64,000 nt of DNA from Eledone cirrhosa (Eukaryota), in the NCBI GenBank assembly GCA_964016885.1, contig OZ024762.1:21576001-21640000 (forward strand), given 5' to 3'. The notes beneath the pieces were generated by a model that saw only the letters and a list, made by a program, of their open reading frames with translations, searched no databases and was not told where the DNA came from. Position 1 is the stretch's first letter. Every line of letters begins with the position of its first letter. The translations under genes and the position numbers were made by a program. Shown in pieces: positions 14,617 through 28,643 of the stretch.

Positions 14617-14945
14617 TTGCTGCTACTTCTACTACTACTGCTACTACTACTACTGCTGCTACTACTACTACTACTACTATTACTACTACTACTGCTACTA
14701 CTGCTGCTGTTACTACTACTACTACTACTACTATTACTACTACTGCTACTACTACTACTACTATTACTACTACTACTACTGCTACTGCTACTGCTACTAG
14801 TACTACTGCTACTACTACTACTACTGCTGCTACTGCTGCTGCTACTACTACTACTACTACTACTACCACTACTACTATTACTACTACTATTATTACTACT
14901 ACTACTACTACTGCTACTACTACTACTACTACTACTACTACTATT
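14397..14945. repeat. (CTA/CTG)n microsatellite, ~550 bp
   Basis: Directly visible. Confidence 0.95.
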
Positions 14946-15082
14946 GCACCTCTTCATATTCCTCACTTCATGGTCTCTATTTGATTTATGTATTTGTTGT
15001 TGTTGTTAGAGACAAAATAGAAAGGGAGAGAAAGAGAGGCAAAATTGGAGTGAGAGCGAGGGATATACAAATACACACACAT

Positions 15083-15156
<74 letters not shown>

Positions 15157-15211
15157 GAGCGAGGAGAGTGCTGGGTACAGATAGAGAAGAGTGAAGAAAA
15201 TTAGAGCAAGC

Positions 15212-15289
<78 letters not shown>

Positions 15290-16222
15290 AATGCAAACGG
15301 TGCTGCAGAGGGAGGGACTGGGTATGTGCCAAAGCTCATGGCGGAAGAGCGCAAAATGGCGTTAAATAATTTAACCTTGCCGTAATGGATGGTGGGAGAT
15401 GAGAGACGGTTGATGTTTTTATAGAGGTGAATGGAGGTGGGGTGGAGTAGGATGGAAGGACGGGGTGTTGATGGAAGTGAAGATGGAGATGGTGGTGGTG
15501 GTGTTGTTGGTTTTGATGGTGGTGTTGATGAGAGGAGAGGGGTGAGGAAGGAGGAGGGCGAAATAAAAACGGTGGAAGGAAGGGAAGGTGGTGGGTGGGG
15601 AACACATAAAGATACGTTGTAAAGAAGAAGAAGAAGAAGACGACGAAGACGAAGAAGAAGAAGAAGAAGAAGACAGAAGCTGTGTCCTTGAGCAAGGCAC
15701 TTAATTTCACGTTGCTCCAGTCCAGCTGGCTGGCAAACAAAACATGTTGCTCCTGTATTTCGAAGAGTGACCTTTGTCACACACCTCGTTCCCACTGAAT
15801 CTTCCTTAGCACTACCTTAAGAGTATACTTGCCTGTGCAATATTCTACCTGCCATTGACACGTTAATTTCACGAAACGGCATTTCCTTAGTGTGAACAGC
15901 AGGAACAGTCATCATCAGAACACAACGCACCGCCGGGAATCAAACTTGCTATCTTACAATCGTGATCCCAACACCCCAATTACTAAGCCACATGTCTTTG
16001 CCACACAACAGTCAGTCTTCAATAGATGAACGATGGTTTCTTCCCTTTTCAAGCCTGTTTTATATACAAAAGAAATGGCGGCGCCTTAGCATGTTCAGCT
16101 AAGTACTCAACGCCGAGGAGAGCAGAGTGTATGTATTGTAAAGACTTAATGCCTGACGGCTGTGCTGACACCCTTTAAATGGCGAGTAGATAACACACAC
16201 ACATACATATACACACATCCCT

Positions 16223-16320
16223 GGGGTCCTGACTGTTTTCCTATTACCCACTCTACTACCCTAAGTATCGAATACTCTGGTACGTTATGGTCCACCTGGT
16301 TTCTTACCACACTTTCTTTG

Positions 16321-16322
<2 letters not shown>
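16223..16322 (+). mobile_element. Family A 3' end, 5'-truncated
   Basis: Matches 2035-2132 and ends in (TA)n. Confidence 0.75.
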
Positions 16323-16365
<43 letters not shown>

Positions 16366-16368
16366 GAA

Positions 16369-16484
16369 GGCGTGTGGCTGAGTGGTTAGAGAATTGGATT
16401 CGCAATCGTGAGGTTGTGAGTTCAATTACTGGACCGGGCGATGCGTTATGTCCTTGAGCAAGACACTTTATTTCACGTTGCTCC
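16369..16484 (+). mobile_element. Family 2 SINE head
   Basis: A box tggctgagtgg, B box gagttcaatt, followed by tgtccttgagcaagacactttatttcacgttgctcc as at 51301. Confidence 0.75.
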
Positions 16485-17059
16485 TTCTACCTGGAGTTGC
16501 GACCGATAGACAGTATTAGCAATTGGAAAGACCAACGGAAACATTGTTTCCTCGGTCCGATTTGACGAAAGTCGATCGTTCCTAAGATATATATAGCGTG
16601 TGTGTTTTATTATTATTTCTGGCAATATTATAACAATATGACCCTCTCCGAGTATAACAATATATATATATATATATATATACATATATACAAATGGAAG
16701 TACAGCATAATCGAAGCCCTGGCTGCAGCTAAGCTAACGAATGCAACTGGGATGTGCAGCTAAGCACTCAATAAGGTATTTTACCTTAGAGTAATAACAT
16801 TACGTTTAGACAGCTTTGCAAATTGAAGATAGCTACCGGTCAGCTAGCCGATGTGTGTGTCTGTGTGACTGTGTGACTGTGTGTGTGTGTGTATTGTATA
16901 TAAGCAACGTGAAAAGAAATGTTTTGTTCAAGAACACAACACCTCGCACAATAGAAGTATTGAAACTACAATCTTATGATCGCGACTCGATCCTCCTCAT
17001 AGCTAGGCCAGGCTGCTAGAGTAAGAATGGTGACATTGACATAAACGAGGGGTTGGATA

Positions 17060-17755
17060 ATAATGGTTTCTGATTTAAGCACAAGGCCAGCATATTTTGG
17101 GGGGAAGGGGAAGATCAATTAAATCGACCCCAGTGTGAGACTGGTACTTTATTTTACTTTATCGACCTCGTATGGATGAAAAGCAAAGCTACCCTCGACA
17201 GGATTTGAACTCAGAATGTAAAGGGCCGCAACTCTAAGCCATGGAGCATGTTCGTTGCTTGACACCCTACCGATACTGCCAATTCACCACCCTAGAGTAA
17301 AGAAATAATTGTTTCTACTTTAGTCGCAAGGCCATCGATTTGATGGTAGAGAGGAAAATCGATTAAATCAAACCAGTACATTACTGGTACTTTATTTTAT
17401 CGACCCCAGAAGGAAGAAAGGCAAAGCTAACCTCGGCGGGATTTGAACTCAAATCGTAAAGGGCCATAACTCTATGTCACATAACTCTATGTTGTCCAAC
17501 GCTTTAAGCTTTCACCAATCTACCGCCATTACAATAATAATAATGCTTTCTGATTTAGGCACAAGGCCAACAATTTTGGAGGAGGGGAAAGTCGATTAAA
17601 TCGACCCCGGTACTCACTGGTGCTTATTGACCCCCTTAACTATGAAAAGAAAAGCTAACCTCGGCGAGATTTGAACTCAGAATGTAAAGGGCCGTAACTC
17701 TAAGCCGCGAAGCATGTTGTCCGACACCCTACCGATACTGCCAATCCACCGCCCT
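17060..17755 (-). mobile_element. Three head-to-tail family 1 SINEs (variant 3' end with gattaaatcgacccc)
   Basis: Copies at about 17060-17292, 17305-17528 and 17540-17755. Confidence 0.8.
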
Positions 17756-18539
17756 AGGGTAAGATATATTGCGCTCCTTTAGGTGTGTCAACAAAAGGTC
17801 GGATTAAAATCCCTGAAGGGTAATGCTGTGGCTAAAGTGTGTACCTAGAGATGGAGACTCGTTGTCTGTCTGAATTTAGTGAGGAGGGGTGATATAAAAA
17901 CCTCAATGAACTAAGACTATCTTTGCAATTTCAAGGTCGGAACTCCCTTTCGTCTCTGTTCAGGTAATGAGAAATAAGCAATGGGGAGAACATCTATAAT
18001 AAACCTTTGCTTGTCTAATTCTTTTCGAACGATTTAAGATAATAAAATAGAAGACCTTCCATTGTTTCCCTGTGAGGACTTTACGAGGGGGCAGAGTTGA
18101 AGGGAAGGAAACAGACAGACAAGGAGTGGGGTAGGGGGGGGGGGAGAAAGACAAACAAAGATTGAGAGGGTTGAGAATGGTATGAGGAGAGGGGTCAGTT
18201 GAGTTGTTGAGTAGAGAAGGTAAATGACCCCGATGGAGATTTACTAAGAGATAAGGGGGATAACTAGATAGTGAGAGAGAGGTGGGGGTGGGGGTGAAGA
18301 TTTAAAGTATATTAGAGAGAGAGGAGGGGGAATAGACAGAGAGTGAGAAAGACATAAAAGAAGAATAGGAGAGAAAGGGGGCGATAGGGTAGGGAGAGGG
18401 TGTAAGTGTAAGGTTGTATAATAAGTGGGAGAGAGAGAGAGTGAGAGGGAGAGGAACAAATGGGTATTAAAGAGAAAGAGAGAGAGTAGAGTTGTAAAGG
18501 TTATTTATTGGAAGAGCTAGCTAGGTAGAAAGATAGCGA

Positions 18540-18975
18540 GCGAAACTGAGAGGGGTGAAGATAGACGTAGAGAGAGGGAGGGAGAGAGAGAATAAGAAAG
18601 ATAGAGAGAGAGGAACTGAGAGGGGTGAAGATAGACGAAGAAAGAGAGAGAGAGGGGGAGAGAGAATAAGAAAGTGAGAGAGAGACTCAGAGAGGTGAAG
18701 ATAGATTTAGAGAGAGGGAGGGAGAGAGAGAATAAGAAAGATAGAGAGAGAGGAACTGAGAGGGGTGAAGATAGACGAAGAGAGAGGGAGAATAAGAAAG
18801 ATAGAGAGAGAGCAACTGAGAGGGGTGAAGATAGACGAAGAGAGAGGGAAAGAGAGAAACTGAGAGAGGTGAAGATAGACGTAGAAAGAGAGAGAGAGGG
18901 GGAGAGAGAATAAGAAAGTGAGAGAGAGACTCAGAGAGGTGAAGATAGATTTAGAGAGAGAGAGGGGTGAAGGAG
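18540..18975. repeat. Purine-rich degenerate minisatellite (actgagaggggtgaagatagacg...)
   Basis: About 7 recurrences of ggtgaagataga within GA tracts. Confidence 0.75.
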
Positions 18976-19483
18976 ACGGAGCACTATGTGTAAACTGTTA
19001 ATATGAAGGGGTTAAAGTGGAAAGATAGATTAGATTTGAGATAGATAGAGAGAGATAGATAGATAGATAGATAGATAGAGAGGGTGCAATGATGACAAAG
19101 TTGAAACAGGGAGAGCAATAGGGAAAGAGAAGGCAGGAGAGGGCAAAGATAATAATAATAAAACAAATATGGGAGGATGGCGACGATGACAATAAAGAAA
19201 TTATTTAACACAAAAACAAAGGTGGCTACAGAGAGCTGATGTCGCTAAGATTGGAGAGAATCAGCTTTGTTGTGTTGTTGTTGTTCCATAGAATTCGTAT
19301 GTATGACAGATATGCAGGCTGTTAGTGTTGCAGTTAATGTATGGATGGATAGAGTGAGTGAATTAGTAAACGGCTGGAAAGTCTTGGAACTTACCGGCTA
19401 GATTCTCCCCTCTCAATTTTTCTCACTCTCTCTTTGCAGCTCTCATATCCTCTCTATATCACATTCTATTTCTCATTTTCACT

Positions 19484-19542
<59 letters not shown>

Positions 19543-19669
19543 ACTTTCTTTCTCTCGCTCTTCCACCTTCTTTCCCCCACTCTCTTTCTCTCTCTCCTAA
19601 TCTCTCTCACCCTCCCTCACTCTCTTTTTCTTTCTCTCGCTCTCCCACTTTCTTTCCCTCTCTCTCCCA

Positions 19670-19709
<40 letters not shown>

Positions 19710-19775
19710 ATCTCTCTCACTCCCTTTCTCTTTCTCTCTCTCACTCTTTCTTTCTCTCTATCTCCCACTCTCTTC

Positions 19776-19810
<35 letters not shown>

Positions 19811-20372
19811 CCACTTTCTCTCGTCTTTCTCTTCTTTTCATTCACTTTCTCTGTGCTGCTATTGTTGTTGTTGTTGTTGTTTAACACCGGATCAACCCTG
19901 ACCTCACAAACCTATTACTAAAGACATTCCAGCTGATACTATCACGTCTTTTCCCTTTGAACAGAGGACCGAGGCTCAATTAACCAACCAATCGTTATAT
20001 CAAATATGATACTGTGTGATCTCTGGGAGATTTGACTGATATTTCTAGCAGGTGGATGAACCACAAAAGGCTGATCGTTGGTGTATGCGTGAGCGAGTGT
20101 ATGCGTGAGCGAGCGTGTGTGTGTATATGTGTGTGAGTGTGTGCGTGTAGTTACGCGTGTATATCAGAAGAATTGTTCAAGGAGCATATACATATACATA
20201 TATAAATATATATATATATATATATACACATATGCATACACACACATATACACACAGAGATGTTCAAGGAGCATATACATATACATATATATATATATAT
20301 GCATACACACACGCACTTTACATACATAGACGCACACAGATGTTCAAGGAGCATTTACATACAGACACACAC

Positions 20373-20429
<57 letters not shown>

Positions 20430-20704
20430 CATACACGCATACACATAGGCAATTTACAAATATAGGGAAACACAAATGCATGTTAATGATCGAGGCACTT
20501 AGTGGTCAGTTGACTTGCGAGAAATAGCAGTCAAATTCCATTCAAATCACATTAGATAATGTAGCTGACAAAAGGCGTGACACGTTTGCTCAAACAGGGC
20601 TTCCTAGAACTAGACAAAAACAACACAACTACTACATTCACCTATCGATTGATCGATCTATACATGCATGTCTTTATTTATCTCTCTCTCTCTCTCCTTC
20701 TTTC

Positions 20705-20757
<53 letters not shown>

Positions 20758-20780
20758 TTGTGTGTGCATGTATCTGTCAG

Positions 20781-20880
<100 letters not shown>

Positions 20881-20974
20881 ATAAACAAATCCACTATCCC
20901 TGATGTCTTCCAAAAGTAACGGTTGCATTTTGAAAGGGTATGTCAATATTTATTTATAAAACTGGTATATATTG

Positions 20975-21039
20975 TATTTTGTCTGATGAAAGCATACCAT
21001 AATTTAACATGGTATCCTTGAAATATGTATAATAAAATA
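20975..21039 (+). ncRNA. Type I hammerhead ribozyme, family C
   Basis: tattttgt CTGATGA aagcataccat...atggtatcctt GAAA tatgta TA ataaaata. Confidence 0.7.
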
Positions 21040-21078
21040 GATATGGTTTTATAAATATAGTTTCTATTTGTTAATATC

Positions 21079-21135
<57 letters not shown>

Positions 21136-21443
21136 CACACACACACATATATATATATGTGCATTCAATTATTTTCTGTTAATTCACATTATGATACGGA
21201 TCCTTTGATATCCAAATACAATGCTTGATGTAAATATCTGATTTATGTGACTAATAATAGAAATTAGTTTGTGGTACTCTGAAGAAGGTGTTTTGTGTTT
21301 CTACGACTCGCTTTAACTTTTTTCAATAGCTAAAACGAGTTGATTATATACAGCACTTCAGCGAGTTAATTTCACAGCCTACTCGAAACTGTGACTGATT
21401 AAAACTGTTTTTAATGTAAGTAGATTGATTTTCATTAAATACT

Positions 21444-21476
<33 letters not shown>

Positions 21477-21477
21477 G

Positions 21478-21719
21478 TAGATAAATCTACCAAGAGTTTA
21501 CGGTAGTGTCCAATCCGTATGAAGAACTCAATGTAATCCGGATATCATGGAAAGAAGAGATGCAATGAAAAATCACTTTCGGTGAAAGATAAACGGAATA
21601 CAGTCAAGATAAAATATTAAAAAAATAATGAATAAAACAATGAAACAATTCCTTATATTAAACAGTTTAATATAAGGAATTGTTTCATTGTTTTATTCAT
21701 TATTTTTTTAATATTTTAT
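21478..21719 (-). mobile_element. TA-embedded element with 55-bp-arm snap-back palindrome (centre 21664); second copy at 23885-24065
   Basis: Two ~180-bp near-identical copies both start at a (TA)n edge (gtagataaatctaccaagag). Strand is inferred. Confidence 0.7.
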
Positions 21720-21868
21720 ATATATATATATATATTTATTAAAATAACAGATTAAAGTTTAAGCAAAGAATCGCTGCTTTCACCCTTAACTCTACGGTTC
21801 TTATATATTTGATATATATTTTCCTTATCGAGCCCTCTTTGGATTTTAGTCTTCAATTTTATTATTAT

Positions 21869-21905
<37 letters not shown>

Positions 21906-21990
21906 GTGAACAGTTAGTTCACCATACCGAGATCAATTGTTTCACCTTAGCGGAGCATCCACTTCTATATATATATATATAGGATCCACT

Positions 21991-22024
<34 letters not shown>

Positions 22025-22420
22025 TTATGTGCGAGATTATGTAATACAACAAAACATATATATACATATATATGCAAAAATTTTATTTAAAATTGTTGGG
22101 TTACAACAAGTAAATATTTTATAACTGAAATATGTATAATGAAATAAATATGGTTTTATAAATATAGTTTCCATTTGTTTAATATCATATATACATATAT
22201 ATATATATATATACATACATATATATATATATATATATACAGCTGAGGAACCACTTATATATATATATATATATGGACGAAACACTGTTAGCAATTAAAG
22301 ATATACCTATGCTCTAAGCGCTCTTTGTTGTTAATTGTATTACAGCTCTGTCCTCTGACATTGAGCTAACCATATACTGCCTATTTGATAAGTGGAGTGT
22401 TACACACTCCCAATTCTCTC

Positions 22421-22468
<48 letters not shown>

Positions 22469-22609
22469 GTTTTAATATAGAAGAGCTTTTTGATGATTTT
22501 TCACGAATGGAACAGTTCTAGTCCTGTAGAAGCTCTTCTATATTAAAACTTTTATACTCTGCTATGTATTGAGTACCTTACTTACTGTGGTTAGCTCCGA
22601 TGCAACCCT
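22469..22609 (+). mobile_element. TA-embedded family B end; relatives at 23141-23329 (-), 30233-30420 (+), 34860-34910 (-)
   Basis: Shared gaatgaaacagttctagtcctgtagaagc and tail tactctg...tattgagtaccttac...actgtggtta; short inverted arms. Confidence 0.75.
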
Positions 22610-22643
<34 letters not shown>

Positions 22644-22823
22644 GCAAAGTTTTATTTAAATTGTTGGGTTAACAACGAGTAAATATTTATAACTGATATA
22701 AAAGCACTCAACAAGTATTTGGAGTATATTTACGATATTAAATAAATGGAAACTATATTTTCAAATAGAAGTCGAAGTTGAAAGGTATGTCGAATCTATC
22801 TATTTATAAGACTGTTTATATTG

Positions 22824-22900
22824 TATTTTGTCTGAGGAAGGCATAACATATTTTTAATATTTTTAATATGATATCCCTGAAAAATATATATAATGAAATA
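22824..22900 (+). ncRNA. Hammerhead ribozyme variant, family C (CTGAGGA, small insertions)
   Basis: Aligns with 11586-11651; sits in the inverted arm of element 22643-22942. Confidence 0.55.
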
Positions 22901-22940
22901 AATATGGTTTTATAAATATAGTTTCCATTTATTTAATATC

Positions 22941-23010
<70 letters not shown>

Positions 23011-23108
23011 GGTAAACAGAAATAGCAACACATTCGGTACAGTATATGGAAGGGATATATTAGGTAAACGCTTGATGTAGCAGGAAGAGGGTCTTAACGT
23101 TACGGACG

Positions 23109-23140
<32 letters not shown>

Positions 23141-23142
<2 letters not shown>

Positions 23143-23329
23143 GTAGGTCCCGGGTTGAGTCGGGGATAACCACAGTAAGTAAGGTACTCAATACATGGCA
23201 GAGTAAAATTTTTTTATTTTATAGAAGGAGCTTCTACAGGACTAGTACTGTTTCATTCAGATGAAATCTTCCTGAGGATTTCATCTGAATGAAACAGTAC
23301 TAGTCCTGTAGAAGCTCCTTCTATAAAAT
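23141..23329 (-). mobile_element. Family B end with ~55-bp-arm palindrome
   Basis: Palindrome centred near 23272; tail on the minus strand; ctgagga...gaaacagta hammerhead-like core. Confidence 0.75.
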
Positions 23330-23635
23330 ATATATATATATATATATACACAGGAGATGGAGTGGGAGAGGATGGGTGGAATGTGACAGAATTTAATCTA
23401 ATGTACGTTGGTTAACCAAGGAGATAAATGTAAAATCGATGCGCGCAGATATATAGGGTACTGGTGAGAGAAATAAATATAAATAATGACCTACCTGATA
23501 TGGTGGGGGTGGGATACAGGGATACAGGGATACAGGTCCTTATCCTTCACCCCATGCTGTACTGAAAACTAAACCCTATTGTCATGCAAATATAGGGATT
23601 TCAAATATACCCCGCATTGCTTAAATGTCAAACTC

Positions 23636-23718
<83 letters not shown>

Positions 23719-23786
23719 CGTAAAATAAGAAAATATTTTTTTAAAAAATTTAAAAAAAATTTTTTACTTACTTACTTAAATTTTCA

Positions 23787-23862
23787 CTCCAACTAATTAG
23801 TTTCTGCAATGGGATAAAGACAGTTACATAATCCAACTGTCGAGAATTCATTGCGTCATCAT
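23787..23862 (-). ncRNA. 5'-truncated hammerhead ribozyme
   Basis: Reverse complement reads (a)TGATGA cgcaatg...gacagtt/aactgtc...cattgca GAAA CTAATTAG TT ggag. The 5' strand of stem I is lost at the TA edge. Confidence 0.6.
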
Positions 23863-24204
23863 ATCTATATATATATATATATATGTAGATAAATCTACCA
23901 AGAGTTTACGGTAGTGTCCAATCCGTATGAAGAACTCAATGTATTCCGGATATCATGGAAAGAAGAGATGTAATGAAAAATCACTTTCGGTGAAAGATAA
24001 ACGGTATACAGAGTCAAGATAAAATATTAAACAAATAATGAATAAACAATTTCTTATATTAAACAAAAAAAGTTCATTATTTAACGATCGTTTCTAGGAT
24101 ATATATGTGTTAGAGTTGGCATGCATATTCAACAGATCTATGTACAAAATTATACAAACTATCAAGAATAAATATACATACCAACACATATATACGCCGC
24201 CTTC

Positions 24205-24244
<40 letters not shown>

Positions 24245-24250
<6 letters not shown>

Positions 24251-24662
24251 CAGGAAAGAAGGTTTACATGGTTTGCTATACAAAAAAGTTTTTCATCACA
24301 TAGCTTACATTTGTTTCACTGAACTGGTATGTCTAGAGATCGCTATCCGCTTAATTTTGCGTTACTCGATCGCCAATACAGAATTATAACCAGTCAGATC
24401 TAGCGGATAGCGATCTCTAGACATACCAGTTCAGTGAAACAAATGTAAGCTATGTGATTAAAAACTTTTTTGTATAGCAAACCATGTAAACCTTCTTTCC
24501 TGATTTATTATTACTCCAAGTGTTTACAACATAGGAATTACAGCATACCCGCAGCATCACTATGAAAACGCCTTGTTGAGTCAAACCAAGCCAATCGTTA
24601 ATATCATCCACTACCTGGAATACCATAACTGGACTTTACCTAAGTGGACTGCATTTAATCCG
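24245..24662 (+). mobile_element. TA-embedded element with ~107-bp inverted arms (24245-24351 / 24402-24508) and tail
   Basis: Arms near-identical; GAAA-C-aaat-G-TA half core; tail starts tattactcc. Confidence 0.75.
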
Positions 24663-24671
24663 TATATATAT

Positions 24672-24713
<42 letters not shown>

Positions 24714-24912
24714 CAACACAAAATTAAATAACTTTGAAAACCAAACAATGCATTCATTTAACTTAAATCTGCTCTCCAAATATACAAGTCAATCCGATCG
24801 ATCTTTTATGTCTCCCATGGCGATTTAATGTTCCTCCTAATGTATTGTTTGGTTTTCAAAAGTATTCAAATTTGTGTTTCCTATTCAACAATGCTTCAAG
24901 CAAACTACAAAG

Positions 24913-24954
<42 letters not shown>

Positions 24955-25047
24955 GGAAAGTATGACCTCGACGGCAGAGCTGAAGCCGTTTCGACGGTGC
25001 GTTATGGTGCATTATGGTCCATCTGGTTCCTTACCACAACTCCTTCG

Positions 25048-25085
<38 letters not shown>

Positions 25086-25402
25086 ATATAGTGAAAGATT
25101 GAAGAATAACATGGTCAATAGTACAAAAAGGCTTTTATTTACAGTATTAACAATTGTTTCATTGGTTAAGTTCTCTTAAAATTGCTAATCACTTAAAGTT
25201 ATGTCAGCATGACTTGGCAAGTTAATCAGAACACTGGATTAACCCCATTACTTCTCTCCGAAGAAGATATATTATCTGGAAAATTAAGGATATTTAAATA
25301 AATTTAAGGTAAAAGACTAATTGTCAACAATATCTTTATATTCTATATCCATACCTGCTTTGTCTTGGTCTTCCAACTCCAAACGTTTATATATATATAT
25401 AT

Positions 25403-25759
25403 AACGAAGGAAGTGTGGTAAGGAACCAGGTGGACCATAACGCACCAGAGTACTCAATACTAAAGGTAGTAGAGTGGGTAATAGGAAAATGTTCAAGGGG
25501 TCTTGAACATTTTCCTCTATATATATGTATATATATTTATTAAATATTTATATATATATATATATATAGGAACCAGTAAGACCCCGACAGCTGAGCTCAA
25601 GCCGTTTCGACGGCTAATTCTAGTCCAGAATTAGCCGTCGAAACGGCTTGAGCTCAGCTGTCGGGGTCTTACTGGTTCCTATTACCCACTCTACTACCTC
25701 AAGTATTGAGTACTTTGGTGCGTTATGGTCCACCTGGTTCCTTACCACATTTCCTTCGT

Positions 25760-25760
<1 letters not shown>
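25403..25760. mobile_element. Two family A copies (25403-25517 minus; 25567-25760 plus, palindromic)
   Basis: Near identity to 1940-2132. Confidence 0.8.
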
Positions 25761-25796
<36 letters not shown>

Positions 25797-26204
25797 TTAT
25801 ATATATGTGTGTCTGTGTGTGTGTGTAGGTATATATTCATATATGAATGTTTCACAGCCATTCCCGGGTGTCTGCGGCTAGGTAGCCATTTCAAGCGTAT
25901 TTACTTAATCCTATTGAAGATCAGAGAGATGGCTATTAATGCAGATCCGATAATGTGTTTATGGATATGTTATGATCTCAGGAGTCAAGTAATTGCTTCC
26001 ATTTACCGCACCAATGATTCTCATAAATAAATATATTCCATCATTATATCTTATATCTGCTCAGCTATTTAAAAATCAAAATATACGATGTTAAATGTTG
26101 CTTTAACTATAAGCTATAAGAGTATTCGGTGGTAGGGTGTGGTCTAGAGAGCTGTGTGAATATATATGTTTATGTTTACACACACACACTCACATATCTA
26201 TCTA

Positions 26205-26264
<60 letters not shown>

Positions 26265-26291
26265 AATATATATATATATAGAAATATAAAT

Positions 26292-26365
<74 letters not shown>

Positions 26366-26403
26366 TATATATATATAATCTATATACACACATACATACA
26401 TGC

Positions 26404-26434
<31 letters not shown>

Positions 26435-26546
26435 GTAGCGGCGATGAATTAGTTTATAAATATATATATATATATATATATAGTAGCGGCGATGAATCTG
26501 TTATTAATTCTGGCAATATTACGCAAATATGACCCTCCCCAAGTAT

Positions 26547-26595
<49 letters not shown>

Positions 26596-27092
26596 CGTGT
26601 GTGTGTCTGTGTGTGTGTCTACGTAAGTAGATATGTTTATATATATATATATATATATATATGTGTCTGTGTGTGTGTATATATGTACATACATAAGTGC
26701 ATATACAACCACACATTGTGTCATCTCGACCGGAAAAAATGCAACACTACCTTCAAAGCATGATTGGCAACCGAGAGATAAAGGAGTTACTCCCTGCCAT
26801 CCATGTGCTGTATGAGGCAAGGTAGAATCACTTAAGTAATATTCAGCATCAAAGTCCTGAAATCTCTGCTTCACAGAGAAGCTACACATCTGCAATACTA
26901 CAGCATTACTGAATAAAAAGATCGAACTAATTTCGTCCTTACAAAATATATCGGAATTCGTACTTAAGAATTTTAAAGCTGACATTCCTGGATGAATGGT
27001 AAATGTCAGCAGACGATACACATGACTTAATCTCACTTTAGCAATTATCAATTGATCTTCATTTCTGTTGTAATGGTAGTTATAGTTTAGAT

Positions 27093-27385
27093 AAGTCATG
27101 GGCAACTTGCGGCTCGCGAAGCGTTCTGAATGGCTCGCCTAAGTCACCTAAGTGAAATCTTTCTGATTTTTTTACCCCAAATTTTCAGTCGTAATTTATC
27201 TTTCTATCATTTTTACGTGTACGACCAACGTGTACAAATTCTGAAGAAACAAATCAAAACAACCTGAGTTACTGCCCTCTTTTTTAATGTGGGTACGAAT
27301 GTAAAATAGCGCTTGCGGCCCGCCTGATGATGAGCCATATCTCATGTGGTGTGGCCCGGTTCTCGAAAAAGGTTGCCCATGCCTG
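27093..27385. mobile_element. hAT (Charlie-like) MITE
   Basis: TIRs aagtcatgggcaact / aggttgcccatgcctg; 8-bp target duplication gtttagat (27085-92) / ctttagat (27386-93); internal gcggcccg motifs. Confidence 0.8.
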
Positions 27386-27863
27386 CTTTAGATCTATACA
27401 TACATGCACATACACACACACACATACACACATACTCACTCACACGTGCATACTCACTCACACACACACACACACACGCACATATATATATATATATATA
27501 TACATACACACATACACACATACTCACTCACACATACACACATACTCACTCACACATACTCACTCACACGTGCATACTCACTCACACATACACACCCATA
27601 CACACATACACATACACACACATACGCACACATACACATGCACATTTATATACACATACATACATACATATATATATATATGTGTGTGTGTGTGTCAGTG
27701 TGTTTGTGTGTATGTGTGTGTGAGTGTGTGTGTGTGTGTGTATGTGTGTGTAATTAGTTCATTAAGTCCGATCAAGTTTTAACGTTAGTTATTCATTGAG
27801 GCAGACGTCAGTTAATATCCGTTGGGATACTTCTGGAATTAGATTCAATGATGTTGTTACTTG

Positions 27864-27901
<38 letters not shown>

Positions 27902-28064
27902 ACGCACCCCCCCCAACACACACACATATATATATGTATGTATGTATATATAAATGTCTATATAAATTTGTATGTGTGCATGTGTATGTGTGTGTGTGCG
28001 TGTATGTGTGTGTGTATGTGTGAGTGAGTATGCAAGTGTGAGTGAGTATGTGTGTATGTGTATG

Positions 28065-28097
<33 letters not shown>

Positions 28098-28266
28098 ATA
28101 AGTATATATATATGTACGTGTATACATATATGTATGTGTGTGTATATCTATCTATCTATATATATATGTATATATATACATATATATATATGTATATATA
28201 TATATACACACACATATATATATATGTATATACGTACATATATATATATATATACTTATATATATA

Positions 28267-28319
<53 letters not shown>

Positions 28320-28320
28320 T

Positions 28321-28351
<31 letters not shown>

Positions 28352-28643
28352 GCAGATATACATTACTGTTATGTAGACTTACTAGAACTTCTCTCTTTTT
28401 CTCGTTAGTTTCACACGTGTTGACTATCACATTACCATTCCTTTCACGTTCCATTCCATACCATATAAATGACCCGATGATTAAATCCTGTACGCCCCAG
28501 TTTCCTTATTAATTACCAACCAACCAACCCTTAATTGATTCAATATCCTCCACTATTTTGACATCATGGCATTGGTTTCATTTTCGGTTTAATTTTACTT
28601 TTTCTATCTTCTGCCGGATATACTGACTAGTTTGTATCTTATT

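Noticed and set aside
21275-21400. CTGAAGA...GAAAC hammerhead candidate
   Set aside because: No convincing stem III-UH or stem I closure.
26730-27060. Possible transposon-protein remnant (ELLPAIHVL) or 218-aa minus-strand ORF
   Set aside because: Only a weak motif resemblance with interrupting stops; no supportable call.
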